Shown here in pieces: positions 12,001-25,000 of a stretch of 64,000 bases of DNA. The stretch is from positions 24,800,001 through 24,864,000 of the forward strand of contig OZ024743.1 of the NCBI GenBank assembly GCA_964016885.1, in the 5' to 3' direction. Origin of the DNA: Eledone cirrhosa (Eukaryota). Position 1 is the first letter of the stretch; every line of letters starts with the position of its first letter. The position numbers and the translations under genes were made by a program. The notes under the pieces were generated by a model. That model was not told where the DNA came from and did no database searches. It saw only the letters and a list, made by a program, of their open reading frames with translations.

Positions 12001-15000
12001 GCTGACAGTTGGTTCTGTCCCTCCTCAGTCATCCCAACCTTGTTTGCTGTAGTTAACAGTGCTGACAGTTGGTTCTATCCCTCCTCAGTCATCCCACCTT
12101 GTTTGCTGTAGTTAACAGTGCTGACAGTTGGTTCTGTCCCTCCTCAGTCATCCCAACCTTGTTTGCTGTAGTTAACTGTGCTGACAGTTGGTTCTGTCCC
12201 TCCTCAGTCATCCCAACCTTGTTTGCTGTAGTTAACTGTGCTGACAGTTGGTTCTGTCCCTCCTCTGTCATCCCAACCTTGTTTGCTGTAGTTAACAGTG
12301 CTGACAGTTGGTTCTGTCCCTCCTCAGTCATCTCAACCTTGTTTGCTGTAGTTAACTGTGCTGGCAGTTGGTTCTGTCCCTCCTCAGTCATCTCAACCTT
12401 GTTTGCTGTAGTTAACAGTGCTGACAGTTGGTTCTGTCCCTCCTCAGTCATCCCAACCTTGTTTGCTGTAGTTAACTGTGCTGACAGTTGGTTCTGTCCC
12501 TCCTCGGTCATCTCAAACTTGTTTGCTGTAGTTAACAGTGCTGACAGTTGGTTCTGTCCCTCCTCAGTCATCTCAACCTTGTTTGCTGTAGTTAACTGTG
12601 CGGACAGTTGGTTCTGTCCCTCCTCAGTCATCCCAACCTTGTTTGCTGTATTTAACAGTGCTGACAGTTGGTTCTGTCCCTCCTCAGTCATCCCAACCTT
12701 GTTTGCTGTAGTTAACAGTGCTGACAGTTGGTTCTGTCCCTCCTCAGTCATCCCAACCTTGTTTGCTTTAGTTAACTGTGCTGACAGTTGGTTCTGTCCC
12801 TCCTCAGTCATCTCAACCTTGTTTGCTGTAGTTAACTCTGCTGACAGTTGGTTATGTCCCTCCTCAGTCATCCCAACCTTGTTTGCCGTAGTTAACAGTG
12901 CTGACAGTTGGTTCTGTCCCTCCTCAGTCATCCCAACCTTGTTTGCTGTAGTTAACAGTGCTGACAGTTGGTTCTGTCCCTCCTCAGTCATCCCAACCTT
13001 GTTTGCTGTAGTTAACTGTGCTGACAGTTGGTTCTGTCCCTCCTCAGTCATCTCAATCTTGTTTGCTGTAGTTAACTGGGCTGACAGTTGGTTCTGTCCC
13101 TCCTCAGTCATCTCAACCTCCTTTGCTGTAGTTAACTGTGCTGACAGTTGGTTCTGTCCCTCCTCAGTCATCTCAACCTTGTTTGCTGTAGTTAACTGTG
13201 CTGACAGTTGGTTCTGTCCCTCCTCAGTCATCCAAACCTTGTTTGCTGAGTTAAATGTGCTGACAGTTGGTTCTGTCCCTCCTCAGTCATCTCAACCTTG
13301 TTTGCTGTAGTTAACTGTGTTGACAGTTGGTTCTGTCCCTCCTCAGTCATCCCAACCTTGTTTGCTGTAGTTAACAGTGCTGACAGTTGGTTCTGTCCCT
13401 CCTCAGTCATCCCAACCTTGTTTGCTGTAGTTAACTGTGCTGACAGTTGGTTCTGTCCTTCCTCAGTCATCTCAACCTTGTTTGCTGTAGTTAACTGTGC
13501 TGACAGTTGGTTCTGTCCCTCCTCAGTCATCTCAACCTTGTTTGCTGTAGTTAACTGTGCTGACAGTTGGTTCTGTCCCTCCTCAGTCATCCCAACCTTG
13601 TTTGCTGTAGTTAACAGTGCTGACAGTTGGTTCTGTCCCTCCTCAGTCATACCAACCTTGTTTGCTGTAGTTAACAGTGCTGACAGTTGGTTCTGTCCCT
13701 CCTCAGTCATCTCAACCTTGTTTGCTGTAGTTAACTGTGCTGACAGTTGGTTCTGTCCCTCCTCAGTCATCCCAACCTTGTTTGCTGTAGTTAACAGTGC
13801 TGACAGTTGGTTCTGTCCCTCCTCAGTCATCCCAACCTTGTTTGCTGTAGTTAACTGTGCTGACAGTTGGTTCTGTCCCTCCTCAGTCATCTCAATCATG
13901 TTTGCTGTAGTTAACAGTGCTGACAGTTGGTTCTGTCCCTCCTCAGTCATCCCAACCTTGTTTGCTGTAGTTAACTGTGCTGACAGTTGGTTCTGTCCCT
14001 CCTCGGTCATCCCAACCTTGTTTGCTGTAGTTAACAGTGCTGACAGTTGGTTCTGTCCCTCCTCAGTCATCTCAACCTTGTTTGCTGTAGTTAACTGTGC
14101 TGACAGTTGGTTCTGTCCCTCCTCAGTCATCCCAACCTTGTTTGCTGTAGTTAACAGTGCTGACAGTTGGTTCTGTCCCTCCTCAGTCATCCCAACCTTG
14201 TTTGCTGTAGTTAACAGTGCTGACAGTTGGTTCTGTCCCTCCTCAGTCATCCCAACCTTGTTTGCTGTAGTCAACAGTGCTGACAGTTGGTTCTGTCCCT
14301 CCTCAGTCATCCCAACCTTGTTTGCTGTAGTTAACTGTGCTGACAGTTGGTTCTGTCCCTCCTTAGTCATCCCAACCTTGTTTGCTGTAGTTAACAGTGC
14401 TGACAGTTGGTTCTGTCCCTCCTCAGTCATCTCAACCTTGTTTGCTGTAGTTAACTGTGCTGACAGTTGGTTCTGTCCCTCCTCAGTCATCCCAACCTTG
14501 TTTGCTGTAGTTAACAGTGCTGACAGTTGGTTCTGTCCCTCCGCAGTCATCCCAACCTTGTTTGCTGTAGTTAACTGTGCTAACAGTTGGTTCTGTCCCT
14601 CCTTAGTCATCCCAACCTTGTTTGCTGTAGTTAACTGTGCTGACAGTTGGTTCTGTCCCTCCTTAGTCATCTCAACCTCCTTTGCTGTAGTTAACTGTGC
14701 TGACAGTTGGTTCTGTCCCTCCTCAGTCATCTCAACCTTGTTTGCTGTAGTTAACTGTGCTGACAGTTGGTTCTGTCCCTCCTCAGTCATCCCAACCTTG
14801 TTTGCTGTAGTTAACAGTGCTGACAGTTGGTTCTGTCCCTCCTCAGTCATCCCAACCTTGTTTGCTGTAGTTAACTGTGCTGACAGTTGGTTCTGTCCCT
14901 CCTCAGTCAGCCCAACCTTGTTTGCTGTAGTTAACAGTGCTGACAGTTGGTTCTGTCCCTCCTCAGTCATCTCAACCTTGTTTGCTGTAGTTAACTGTGC

Positions 15001-16076
15001 TGACAGTTGGTTCTGTCCCTCCTCAGTCATCTCAACCTTCTTTGCTGTAGTTAACTGTGCTAACAGTTTGTTCTGTCCCTCCTTAGTCACCCCAACCTTG
15101 TTTGCTGTAGTTAACTGTGCTGACAGTTGGTTCTGTCCCTCCTCAGTCATCCCAACCTTGTTTGCTGTAGTTAACTGTGCTGACAGTTGCTTCTGTCCCT
15201 CATCAGTCATCCCAACCTTGTTTGCTGTAGTTAACTGTGCTGACAGTTGGTTCTGTCCCTCCTCAGTCATCCCAAACTTGATTTCTGTAGTTAACTGTGC
15301 TGACAGTTGGTTCTGTCTCTCCTCAGTCGTCCCAACCTTGTTTGCTGTAGTTAACTGTGCTGACATTTGGTTCTGTCCTTCCTCAGTCATCCCAACCATC
15401 TATTTCTGTAGTTAACTGTGCTGATGGTTGGTTCTGTCCTTCCTCAGTCATCCCAACCTTGATTTCTGTAGTTAACTGTGCTGACAGTTGGTTCTGTCCT
15501 TCCTCAGTCATCCCAACCTTGATTTCTGTAGTTAACTGTGCTGACAGTTGGTTCTGTCCCTCCTCAGTCATCCCAACCTTGATTTCTGTAGTTAACTGTG
15601 CTGACAGTTGGTTCTGTCCTTCCTCAGTCATCCCAACCTTGATTTCTGTAGTTAACTGTGCTGACAGTTGGTTCTGTCCTTCCTCAGTCATCCCAACCTT
15701 GATTTCTGTAGTTAACTGTGCTGACAGTTGGTTCTGTCCCTCCTCAGTCATCCCAACCTTGATTTCTGTAGTTAACTGTGCTGACAGTTGGTTCTGTCCT
15801 TCCTCAGTCATCCCAATCTTGATTTCTGTAGTTAACTGTGCTGACAGTTGGTTCTGTCCCTCCTCAGTCATCCCAACCTTGATTTCTGTAGTTAACTGTG
15901 CTGACAGTTGGTTCTGTCCCTCCTCAGTCATCTCAATCTTGTTTGCTGTAGTTAACTGGGCTGACAGTTGGTTCTGTCCCTCCTCAGTCATCTCAACCTC
16001 CTTTGCTGTAGTTAACTGTGCTGACAGTTGGTTCTGTCCCTCCTCAGTCATCTCAACCTTGTTTGCTGTAGTTAAC
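1..16076. repeat. Array domain I: alternating alpha-type and beta-type monomer blocks with 3.7-4.8 kb duplications
   Basis: Alpha blocks vary at T1A and C37T. Beta blocks (G4T, C24T, TTGATTTC) lie at about 2161-3660, 6060-7318, 10198-12116 and 15236-15896. Boundaries were set by eye. Confidence 0.8.
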
Positions 16077-19000
16077 TGTGCTGACAGTTGGTTCTGTCCC
16101 TCCTCAGTCATCCAAACCTTGTTTGCTGAGTTAAATGTGCTGACAGTTGGTTCTGTCCCTCCTCAGTCATCTCAACCTTGTTTGCTGTAGTTAACTGTGT
16201 TGACAGTTGGTTCTGTCCCTCCTCAGTCATCCCAACCTTGTTTGCTGTAGTTAACAGTGCTGACAGTTGGTTCTGTCCCTCCTCAGTCATCCCAACCTTG
16301 TTTGCTGTAGTTAACTGTGCTGACAGTTGGTTCTGTCCTTCCTCAGTCATCTCAACCTTGTTTGCTGTAGTTAACTGTGCTGACAGTTGGTTCTGTCCCT
16401 CCTCAGTCATCTCAACCTTGTTTGCTGTAGTTAACTGTGCTGACAGTTGGTTCTGTCCCTCCTCAGTCATCCCAACCTTGTTTGCTGTAGTTAACAGTGC
16501 TGACAGTTGGTTCTGTCCCTCCTCAGTCATACCAACCTTGTTTGCTGTAGTTAACAGTGCTGACAGTTGGTTCTGTCCCTCCTCAGTCATCTCAACCTTG
16601 TTTGCTGTAGTTAACTGTGCTGACAGTTGGTTCTGTCCCTCCTCAGTCATCCCAACCTTGTTTGCTGTAGTTAACAGTGCTGACAGTTGGTTCTGTCCCT
16701 CCTCAGTCATCCCAACCTTGTTTGCTGTAGTTAACTGTGCTGACAGTTGGTTCTGTCCCTCCTCAGTCATCTCAATCATGTTTGCTGTAGTTAACAGTGC
16801 TGACAGTTGGTTCTGTCCCTCCTCAGTCATCCCAACCTTGTTTGCTGTAGTTAACTGTGCTGACAGTTGGTTCTGTCCCTCCTCGGTCATCCCAACCTTG
16901 TTTGCTGTAGTTAACAGTGCTGACAGTTGGTTCTGTCCCTCCTCAGTCATCTCAACCTTGTTTGCTGTAGTTAACTGTGCTGACAGTTGGTTCTGTCCCT
17001 CCTCAGTCATCCCAACCTTGTTTGCTGTAGTTAACAGTGCTGACAGTTGGTTCTGTCCCTCCGCAGTCATCCCAACCTTGTTTGCTGTAGTTAGCTGTGC
17101 TGACAGTTGGTTCTGTCCCTCCTCAGTCATCTCAACCTCCTTTGCTGTAGTTAACTGTGCTGACAGTTGGTTCTGTCCCTCCTCAGTCATCTCAACCTTG
17201 TTTGCTGTAGTTAACTGTGCTGACAGTTGGTTCTGTCCCTCCTCAGTCATCCCAACCTTGTTTGCTGTAGTTAAATGTGCTGACAGTTGGTTCTGTCCCT
17301 CCTCAGTCATCTCAACCTTGTTTGCTGTAGTTAACTGTGCTGACAGTTGGTTCTGTCCCTCCTCAGTCATCCCAACCTTGTTTGCTGTAGTTAACAGTGC
17401 TGACAGTTGGTTCTGTCCCTCCTCAGTCATCCCAACCTTGTTTGCTGTAGTTAACTGTGCTGACAGTTGGTTCTGTCCCTCCTCAGTCATCTCAACCTTG
17501 TTTGCTGTAGTTAACTGTGCTGACAGTTGGTTCTGTCCCTCCTCAGTCATCCCAACCTTGTTTGCTGTAGTTAACAGTGCTGACAGTTGGTTCTGTCCCT
17601 CCTCAGTCATCCCAACCTTGTTTGCTGTAGTTAACTGTGCTGACAGTTGGTTCTGTCCCTCCTCAGTCAGCCCAACCTTGTTTGCTGTAGTTAACAGTGC
17701 TGACAGTTGGTTCTGTCCCTCCTCAGTCATCTCAACCTTGTTTGCTGTAGTTAACTGTGCTGACAGTTGGTTCTGTCCCTCCTCAGTCATCTCAACCTTC
17801 TTTGCTGTAGTTAACTGTGCTAACAGTTTGTTCTGTCCCTCCTTAGTCATCCCAACCTTGTTTGCTGTAGTTAACTGTGCTGACAGTTGGTTCTGTCCCT
17901 CCTCAGTCATCCCAACCTTGTTTGCTGTAGTTAACAGTGCTGACAGTTGGTTCTGTCCCTCCTCAGTCATCCCAACCTTGTTTGCTGTAGTTAACTGTGC
18001 TGAGAGTTGGTTCTGTCCCTCCTCAGTCATCTCAATCATGTTTGCTGTAGTTAACAGTGCTGACAGTTGGTTCTGTCCCTCCTCAGTCATCCCAACCTTG
18101 TTTGCTGTAGTTAACTGTGCTGACAGTTGGTTCTGTCCCTCCTCGGTCATCCCAACCTTGTTTGCTGTAGTTAACAGTGCTGACAGTTGGTTCTGTCCCT
18201 CCTCAGTCATCTCAACCTTGTTTGCTGTAGTTAACTGTGCTGACAGTTGGTTCTGTCCCTCCTCAGTCATCCCAACCTTGTTTGCTGTAGTTAACAGTGC
18301 TGACAGTTGGTTCTGTCCCTCCTCAGTCATCCCAACCTTGTTTGCTGTAGTTAACAGTGCTGACAGTTGGTTCTGTCCCTCCTCAGTCATCCCAACCTTG
18401 TTTGCTGTAGTCAACAGTGCTGACAGTTGGTTCTGTCCCTCCTCAGTCATCCCAACCTTGTTTGCTGTAGTTAACTGTGCTGACAGTTGGTTCTGTCCCT
18501 CCTTAGTCATCCCAACCTTGTTTGCTGTAGTTAACAGTGCTGACAGTTGGTTCTGTCCCTCCTCAGTCATCTCAACCTTGTTTGCTGTAGTTAACTGTGC
18601 TGACAGTTGGTTCTGTCCCTCCTCAGTCATCCCAACCTTGTTTGCTGTAGTTAACAGTGCTGACAGTTGGTTCTGTCCCTCCTCAGTCATCCCAACCTTG
18701 TTTGCTGTAGTTAACAGTGCTGACAGTTGGTTCTGTCCCTCCTCAGTCATCCCAACCTTGTTTGCTGTAGTCAACAGTGCTGACAGTTGGTTCTGTCCCT
18801 CCTCAGTCATCCCAACCTTGTTTGCTGTAGTTAACTGTGCTGACAGTTGGTTCTGTCCCTCCTTAGTCATCCCAACCTTGTTTGCTGTAGTTAACAGTGC
18901 TGACAGTTGGTTCTGTCCCTCCTCAGTCATCTCAACCTTGTTTGCTGTAGTTAACTGTGCTGACAGTTGGTTCTGTCCCTCCTCAGTCATCCCAACCTTG

Positions 19001-22000
19001 ATTTCTGTAGTTAACTGTGCTGACAGTTGGTTCTGTCCCTCCTCAGTCATCTCAATCTTGTTTGCTGTAGTTAACTGGGCTGACAGTTGGTTCTGTCCCT
19101 CCTCAGTCATCTCAACCTCCTTTGCTGTAGTTAACTGTGCTGACAGTTGGTTCTGTCCCTCCTCAGTCATCTCAACCTTGTTTGCTGTAGTTAACTGTGC
19201 TGACAGTTGGTTCTGTCCCTCCTCAGTCATCCAAACCTTGTTTGCTGAGTTAAATGTGCTGACAGTTGGTTCTGTCCCTCCTCAGTCATCTCAACCTTGT
19301 TTGCTGTAGTTAACTGTGTTGACAGTTGGTTCTGTCCCTCCTCAGTCATCCCAACCTTGTTTGCTGTAGTTAACAGTGCTGACAGTTGGTTCTGTCCCTC
19401 CTCAGTCATCCCAACCTTGTTTGCTGTAGTTAACTGTGCTGACAGTTGGTTCTGTCCTTCCTCAGTCATCTCAACCTTGTTTGCTGTAGTTAACTGTGCT
19501 GACAGTTGGTTCTGTCCCTCCTCAGTCATCTCAACCTTGTTTGCTGTAGTTAACTGTGCTGACAGTTGGTTCTGTCCCTCCTCAGTCATCCCAACCTTGT
19601 TTGCTGTAGTTAACAGTGCTGACAGTTGGTTCTGTCCCTCCTCAGTCATACCAACCTTGTTTGCTGTAGTTAACAGTGCTGACAGTTGGTTCTGTCCCTC
19701 CTCAGTCATCTCAACCTTGTTTGCTGTAGTTAACTGTGCTGACAGTTGGTTCTGTCCCTCCTCAGTCATCCCAACCTTGTTTGCTGTAGTTAACAGTGCT
19801 GACAGTTGGTTCTGTCCCTCCTCAGTCATCCCAACCTTGTTTGCTGTAGTTAACTGTGCTGACAGTTGGTTCTGTCCCTCCTCAGTCATCTCAATCATGT
19901 TTGCTGTAGTTAACAGTGCTGACAGTTGGTTCTGTCCCTCCTCAGTCATCCCAACCTTGTTTGCTGTAGTTAACTGTGCTGACAGTTGGTTCTGTCCCTC
20001 CTCGGTCATCCCAACCTTGTTTGCTGTAGTTAACAGTGCTGACAGTTGGTTCTGTCCCTCCTCAGTCATCTCAACCTTGTTTGCTGTAGTTAACTGTGCT
20101 GACAGTTGGTTCTGTCCCTCCTCAGTCATCCCAACCTTGTTTGCTGTAGTTAACAGTGCTGACAGTTGGTTCTGTCCCTCCTCAGTCATCCCAACCTTGT
20201 TTGCTGTAGTTAACAGTGCTGACAGTTGGTTCTGTCCCTCCTCAGTCATCCCAACCTTGTTTGCTGTAGTCAACAGTGCTGACAGTTGGTTCTGTCCCTC
20301 CTCAGTCATCCCAACCTTGTTTGCTGTAGTTAACTGTGCTGACAGTTGGTTCTGTCCCTCCTTAGTCATCCCAACCTTGTTTGCTGTAGTTAACAGTGCT
20401 GACAGTTGGTTCTGTCCCTCCTCAGTCATCTCAACCTTGTTTGCTGTAGTTAACTGTGCTGACAGTTGGTTCTGTCCCTCCTCAGTCATCCCAACCTTGT
20501 TTGCTGTAGTTAACAGTGCTGACAGTTGGTTCTGTCCCTCCGCAGTCATCCCAACCTTGTTTGCTGTAGTTAGCTGTGCTGACAGTTGGTTCTGTCCCTC
20601 CTCAGTCATCTCAACCTCCTTTGCTGTAGTTAACTGTGCTGACAGTTGGTTCTGTCCCTCCTCAGTCATCTCAACCTTGTTTGCTGTAGTTAACTGTGCT
20701 GACAGTTGGTTCTGTCCCTCCTCAGTCATCCCAACCTTGTTTGCTGTAGTTAAATGTGCTGACAGTTGGTTCTGTCCCTCCTCAGTCATCTCAACCTTGT
20801 TTGCTGTAGTTAACTGTGCTGACAGTTGGTTCTGTCCCTCCTCAGTCATCCCAACCTTGTTTGCTGTAGTTAACAGTGCTGACAGTTGGTTCTGTCCCTC
20901 CTCAGTCATCCCAACCTTGTTTGCTGTAGTTAACTGTGCTGACAGTTGGTTCTGTCCCTCCTCAGTCATCTCAACCTTGTTTGCTGTAGTTAACTGTGCT
21001 GACAGTTGGTTCTGTCCCTCCTCAGTCATCCCAACCTTGTTTGCTGTAGTTAACAGTGCTGACAGTTGGTTCTGTCCCTCCTCAGTCATCCCAACCTTGT
21101 TTGCTGTAGTTAACTGTGCTGACAGTTGGTTCTGTCCCTCCTCAGTCAGCCCAACCTTGTTTGCTGTAGTTAACAGTGCTGACAGTTGGTTCTGTCCCTC
21201 CTCAGTCATCTCAACCTTGTTTGCTGTAGTTAACTGTGCTGACAGTTGGTTCTGTCCCTCCTCAGTCATCTCAACCTTCTTTGCTGTAGTTAACTGTGCT
21301 AACAGTTTGTTCTGTCCCTCCTTAGTCATCCCAACCTTGTTTGCTGTAGTTAACTGTGCTGACAGTTGGTTCTGTCCCTCCTCAGTCATCCCAACCTTGT
21401 TTGCTGTAGTTAACAGTGCTGACAGTTGGTTCTGTCCCTCCTCAGTCATCCCAACCTTGTTTGCTGTAGTTAACTGTGCTGACAGTTGGTTCTGTCCTTC
21501 CTCAGTCATCCCAACCATCTATTTCTGTAGTTAACTGTGCTGACAGTTGGTTCTGTCCCTCCTCAGTCATCCCAACCTTGTTTGCTGTAGTTAACTGTGC
21601 TGACAGTTGGTTCTGTCCCTCCTCAGTCATCCAAACCTTGTTTGCTGAGTTAAATGTGCTGACAGTTGGTTCTGTCCCTCCTCAGTCATCTCAACCTTGT
21701 TTGCTGTAGTTAACTGTGTTGACAGTTGGTTCTGTCCCTCCTCAGTCATCCCAACCTTGTTTGCTGTAGTTAACAGTGCTGACAGTTGGTTCTGTCCCTC
21801 CTCAGTCATACCAACCTTGTTTGCTGTAGTTAACAGTGCTGACAGTTGGTTCTGTCCCTCCTCAGTCATCTCAACCTTGTTTGCTGTAGTTAACTGTGCT
21901 GACAGTTGGTTCTGTCCCTCCTCAGTCATCCCAACCTTGTTTGCTGTAGTTAACAGTGCTGACAGTTGGTTCTGTCCCTCCTCAGTCATCCCAACCTTGT

Positions 22001-25000
22001 TTGCTGTAGTTAACTGTGCTGACAGTTGGTTCTGTCCCTCCTCAGTCATCTCAATCATGTTTGCTGTAGTTAACAGTGCTGACAGTTGGTTCTGTCCCTC
22101 CTCAGTCATCCCAACCTTGTTTGCTGTAGTTAACTGTGCTGACAGTTGGTTCTGTCCCTCCTCGGTCATCCCAACCTTGTTTGCTGTAGTTAACAGTGCT
22201 GACAGTTGGTTCTGTCCCTCCTCAGTCATCTCAACCTTGTTTGCTGTAGTTAACTGTGCTGACAGTTGGTTCTGTCCCTCCTCAGTCATCCCAACCTTGT
22301 TTGCTGTAGTTAACAGTGCTGACAGTTGGTTCTGTCCCTCCTCAGTCATCCCAACCTTGTTTGCTGTAGTTAACTGTGCTGACAGTTGGTTCTGTCCCTC
22401 CTCAGTCATCCCAACCTTGTTTGCTGTAGTTAACAGTGCTGACAGTTGGTTCTGTCCCTCCGCAGTCATCCCAACCTTGTTTGCTGTAGTTAGCTGTGCT
22501 GACAGTTGGTTCTGTCCCTCCTCAGTCATCTCAACCTCCTTTGCTGTAGTTAACTGTGCTGACAGTTGGTTCTGTCCCTCCTCAGTCATCTCAACCTTGT
22601 TTGCTGTAGTTAACTGTGCTGACAGTTGGTTCTGTCCCTCCTCAGTCATCCCAACCTTGTTTGCTGTAGTTAAATGTGCTGACAGTTGGTTCTGTCCCTC
22701 CTCAGTCATCTCAACCTTGTTTGCTGTAGTTAACTGTGCTGACAGTTGGTTCTGTCCCTCCTCAGTCATCCCAACCTTGTTTGCTGTAGTTAACAGTGCT
22801 GACAGTTGGTTCTGTCCCTCCTCAGTCATCCCAACCTTGTTTGCTGTAGTTAACTGTGCTGACAGTTGGTTCTGTCCCTCCTCAGTCATCTCAACCTTGT
22901 TTGCTGTAGTTAACTGTGCTGACAGTTGGTTCTGTCCCTCCTCAGTCATCCCAACCTTGTTTGCTGTAGTTAACAGTGCTGACAGTTGGTTCTGTCCCTC
23001 CTCAGTCATCCCAACCTTGTTTGCTGTAGTTAACTGTGCTGACAGTTGGTTCTGTCCCTCCTCAGTCAGCCCAACCTTGTTTGCTGTAGTTAACAGTGCT
23101 GACAGTTGGTTCTGTCCCTCCTCAGTCATCTCAACCTTGTTTGCTGTAGTTAACTGTGCTGACAGTTGGTTCTGTCCCTCCTCAGTCATCTCAACCTTCT
23201 TTGCTGTAGTTAACTGTGCTAACAGTTTGTTCTGTCCCTCCTTAGTCATCCCAACCTTGTTTGCTGTAGTTAACTGTGCTGACAGTTGGTTCTGTCCCTC
23301 CTCAGTCATCCCAACCTTGTTTGCTGTAGTTAACAGTGCTGACAGTTGGTTCTGTCCCTCCTCAGTCATCCCAACCTTGTTTGCTGTAGTTAACTGTGCT
23401 GACAGTTGGTTCTGTCCTTCCTCAGTCATCCCAACCATCTATTTCTGTAGTTAACTGTGCTGACAGTTGGTTCTGTCCCTCCTCAGTCATCCCAACCTTG
23501 TTTGCTGTAGTTAACTGTGCTGACAGTTGGTTCTGTCCCTCCTCAGTCATCCAAACCTTGTTTGCTGAGTTAAATGTGCTGACAGTTGGTTCTGTCCCTC
23601 CTCAGTCATCTCAACCTTGTTTGCTGTAGTTAACTGTGTTGACAGTTGGTTCTGTCCCTCCTCAGTCATCCCAACCTTGTTTGCTGTACTTAACAGTGCT
23701 GACAGTTGGTTCTGTCCCTCCTCAGTCATACCAACCTTGTTTGCTGTAGTTAACAGTGCTGACAGTTGGTTCTGTCCCTCCTCAGTCATCTCAACCTTGT
23801 TTGCTGTAGTTAACTGTGCTGACAGTTGGTTCTGTCCCTCCTCAGTCATCCCAACCTTGTTTGCTGTAGTTAACAGTGCTGACAGTTGGTTCTGTCCCTC
23901 CTCAGTCATCCCAACCTTGTTTGCTGTAGTTAACTGTGCTGACAGTTGGTTCTGTCCCTCCTCAGTCATCTCAATCATGTTTGCTGTAGTTAACAGTGCT
24001 GACAGTTGGTTCTGTCCCTCCTCAGTCATCCCAACCTTGTTTGCTGTAGTTAACTGTGCTGACAGTTGGTTCTGTCCCTCCTCGGTCATCCCAACCTTGT
24101 TTGCTGTAGTTAACAGTGCTGACAGTTGGTTCTGTCCCTCCTCAGTCATCTCAACCTTGTTTGCTGTAGTTAACTGTGCTGACAGTTGGTTCTGTCCCTC
24201 CTCAGTCATCCCAACCTTGTTTGCTGTAGTTAACAGTGCTGACAGTTGGTTCTGTCCCTCCTCAGTCATCCCAACCTTGTTTGCTGTAGTTAACAGTGCT
24301 GACAGTTGGTTCTGTCCCTCCTCAGTCATCCCAACCTTGTTTGCTGTAGTCAACAGTGCTGACAGTTGGTTCTGTCCCTCCTCAGTCATCCCAACCTTGT
24401 TTGCTGTAGTTAACTGTGCTGACAGTTGGTTCTGTCCCTCCTTAGTCATCCCAACCTTGTTTGCTGTAGTTAACAGTGCTGACAGTTGGTTCTGTCCCTC
24501 CTCAGTCATCTCAACCTTGTTTGCTGTAGTTAACTGTGCTGACAGTTGGTTCTGTCCCTCCTCAGTCATCCCAACCTTGTTTGCTGTAGTTAACAGTGCT
24601 GACAGTTGGTTCTGTCCCTCCGCAGTCATCCCAACCTTGTTTGCTGTAGTTAGCTGTGCTGACAGTTGGTTCTGTCCCTCCTCAGTCATCTCAACCTCCT
24701 TTGCTGTAGTTAACTGTGCTGACAGTTGGTTCTGTCCCTCCTCAGTCATCTCAACCTTGTTTGCTGTAGTTAACTGTGCTGACAGTTGGTTCTGTCCCTC
24801 CTCAGTCATCCCAACCTTGTTTGCTGTAGTTAAATGTGCTGACAGTTGGTTCTGTCCCTCCTCAGTCATCTCAACCTTGTTTGCTGTAGTTAACTGTGCT
24901 GACAGTTGGTTCTGTCCCTCCTCAGTCATCCCAACCTTGTTTGCTGTAGTTAACAGTGCTGACAGTTGGTTCTGTCCCTCCTCAGTCATCCCAACCTTGT

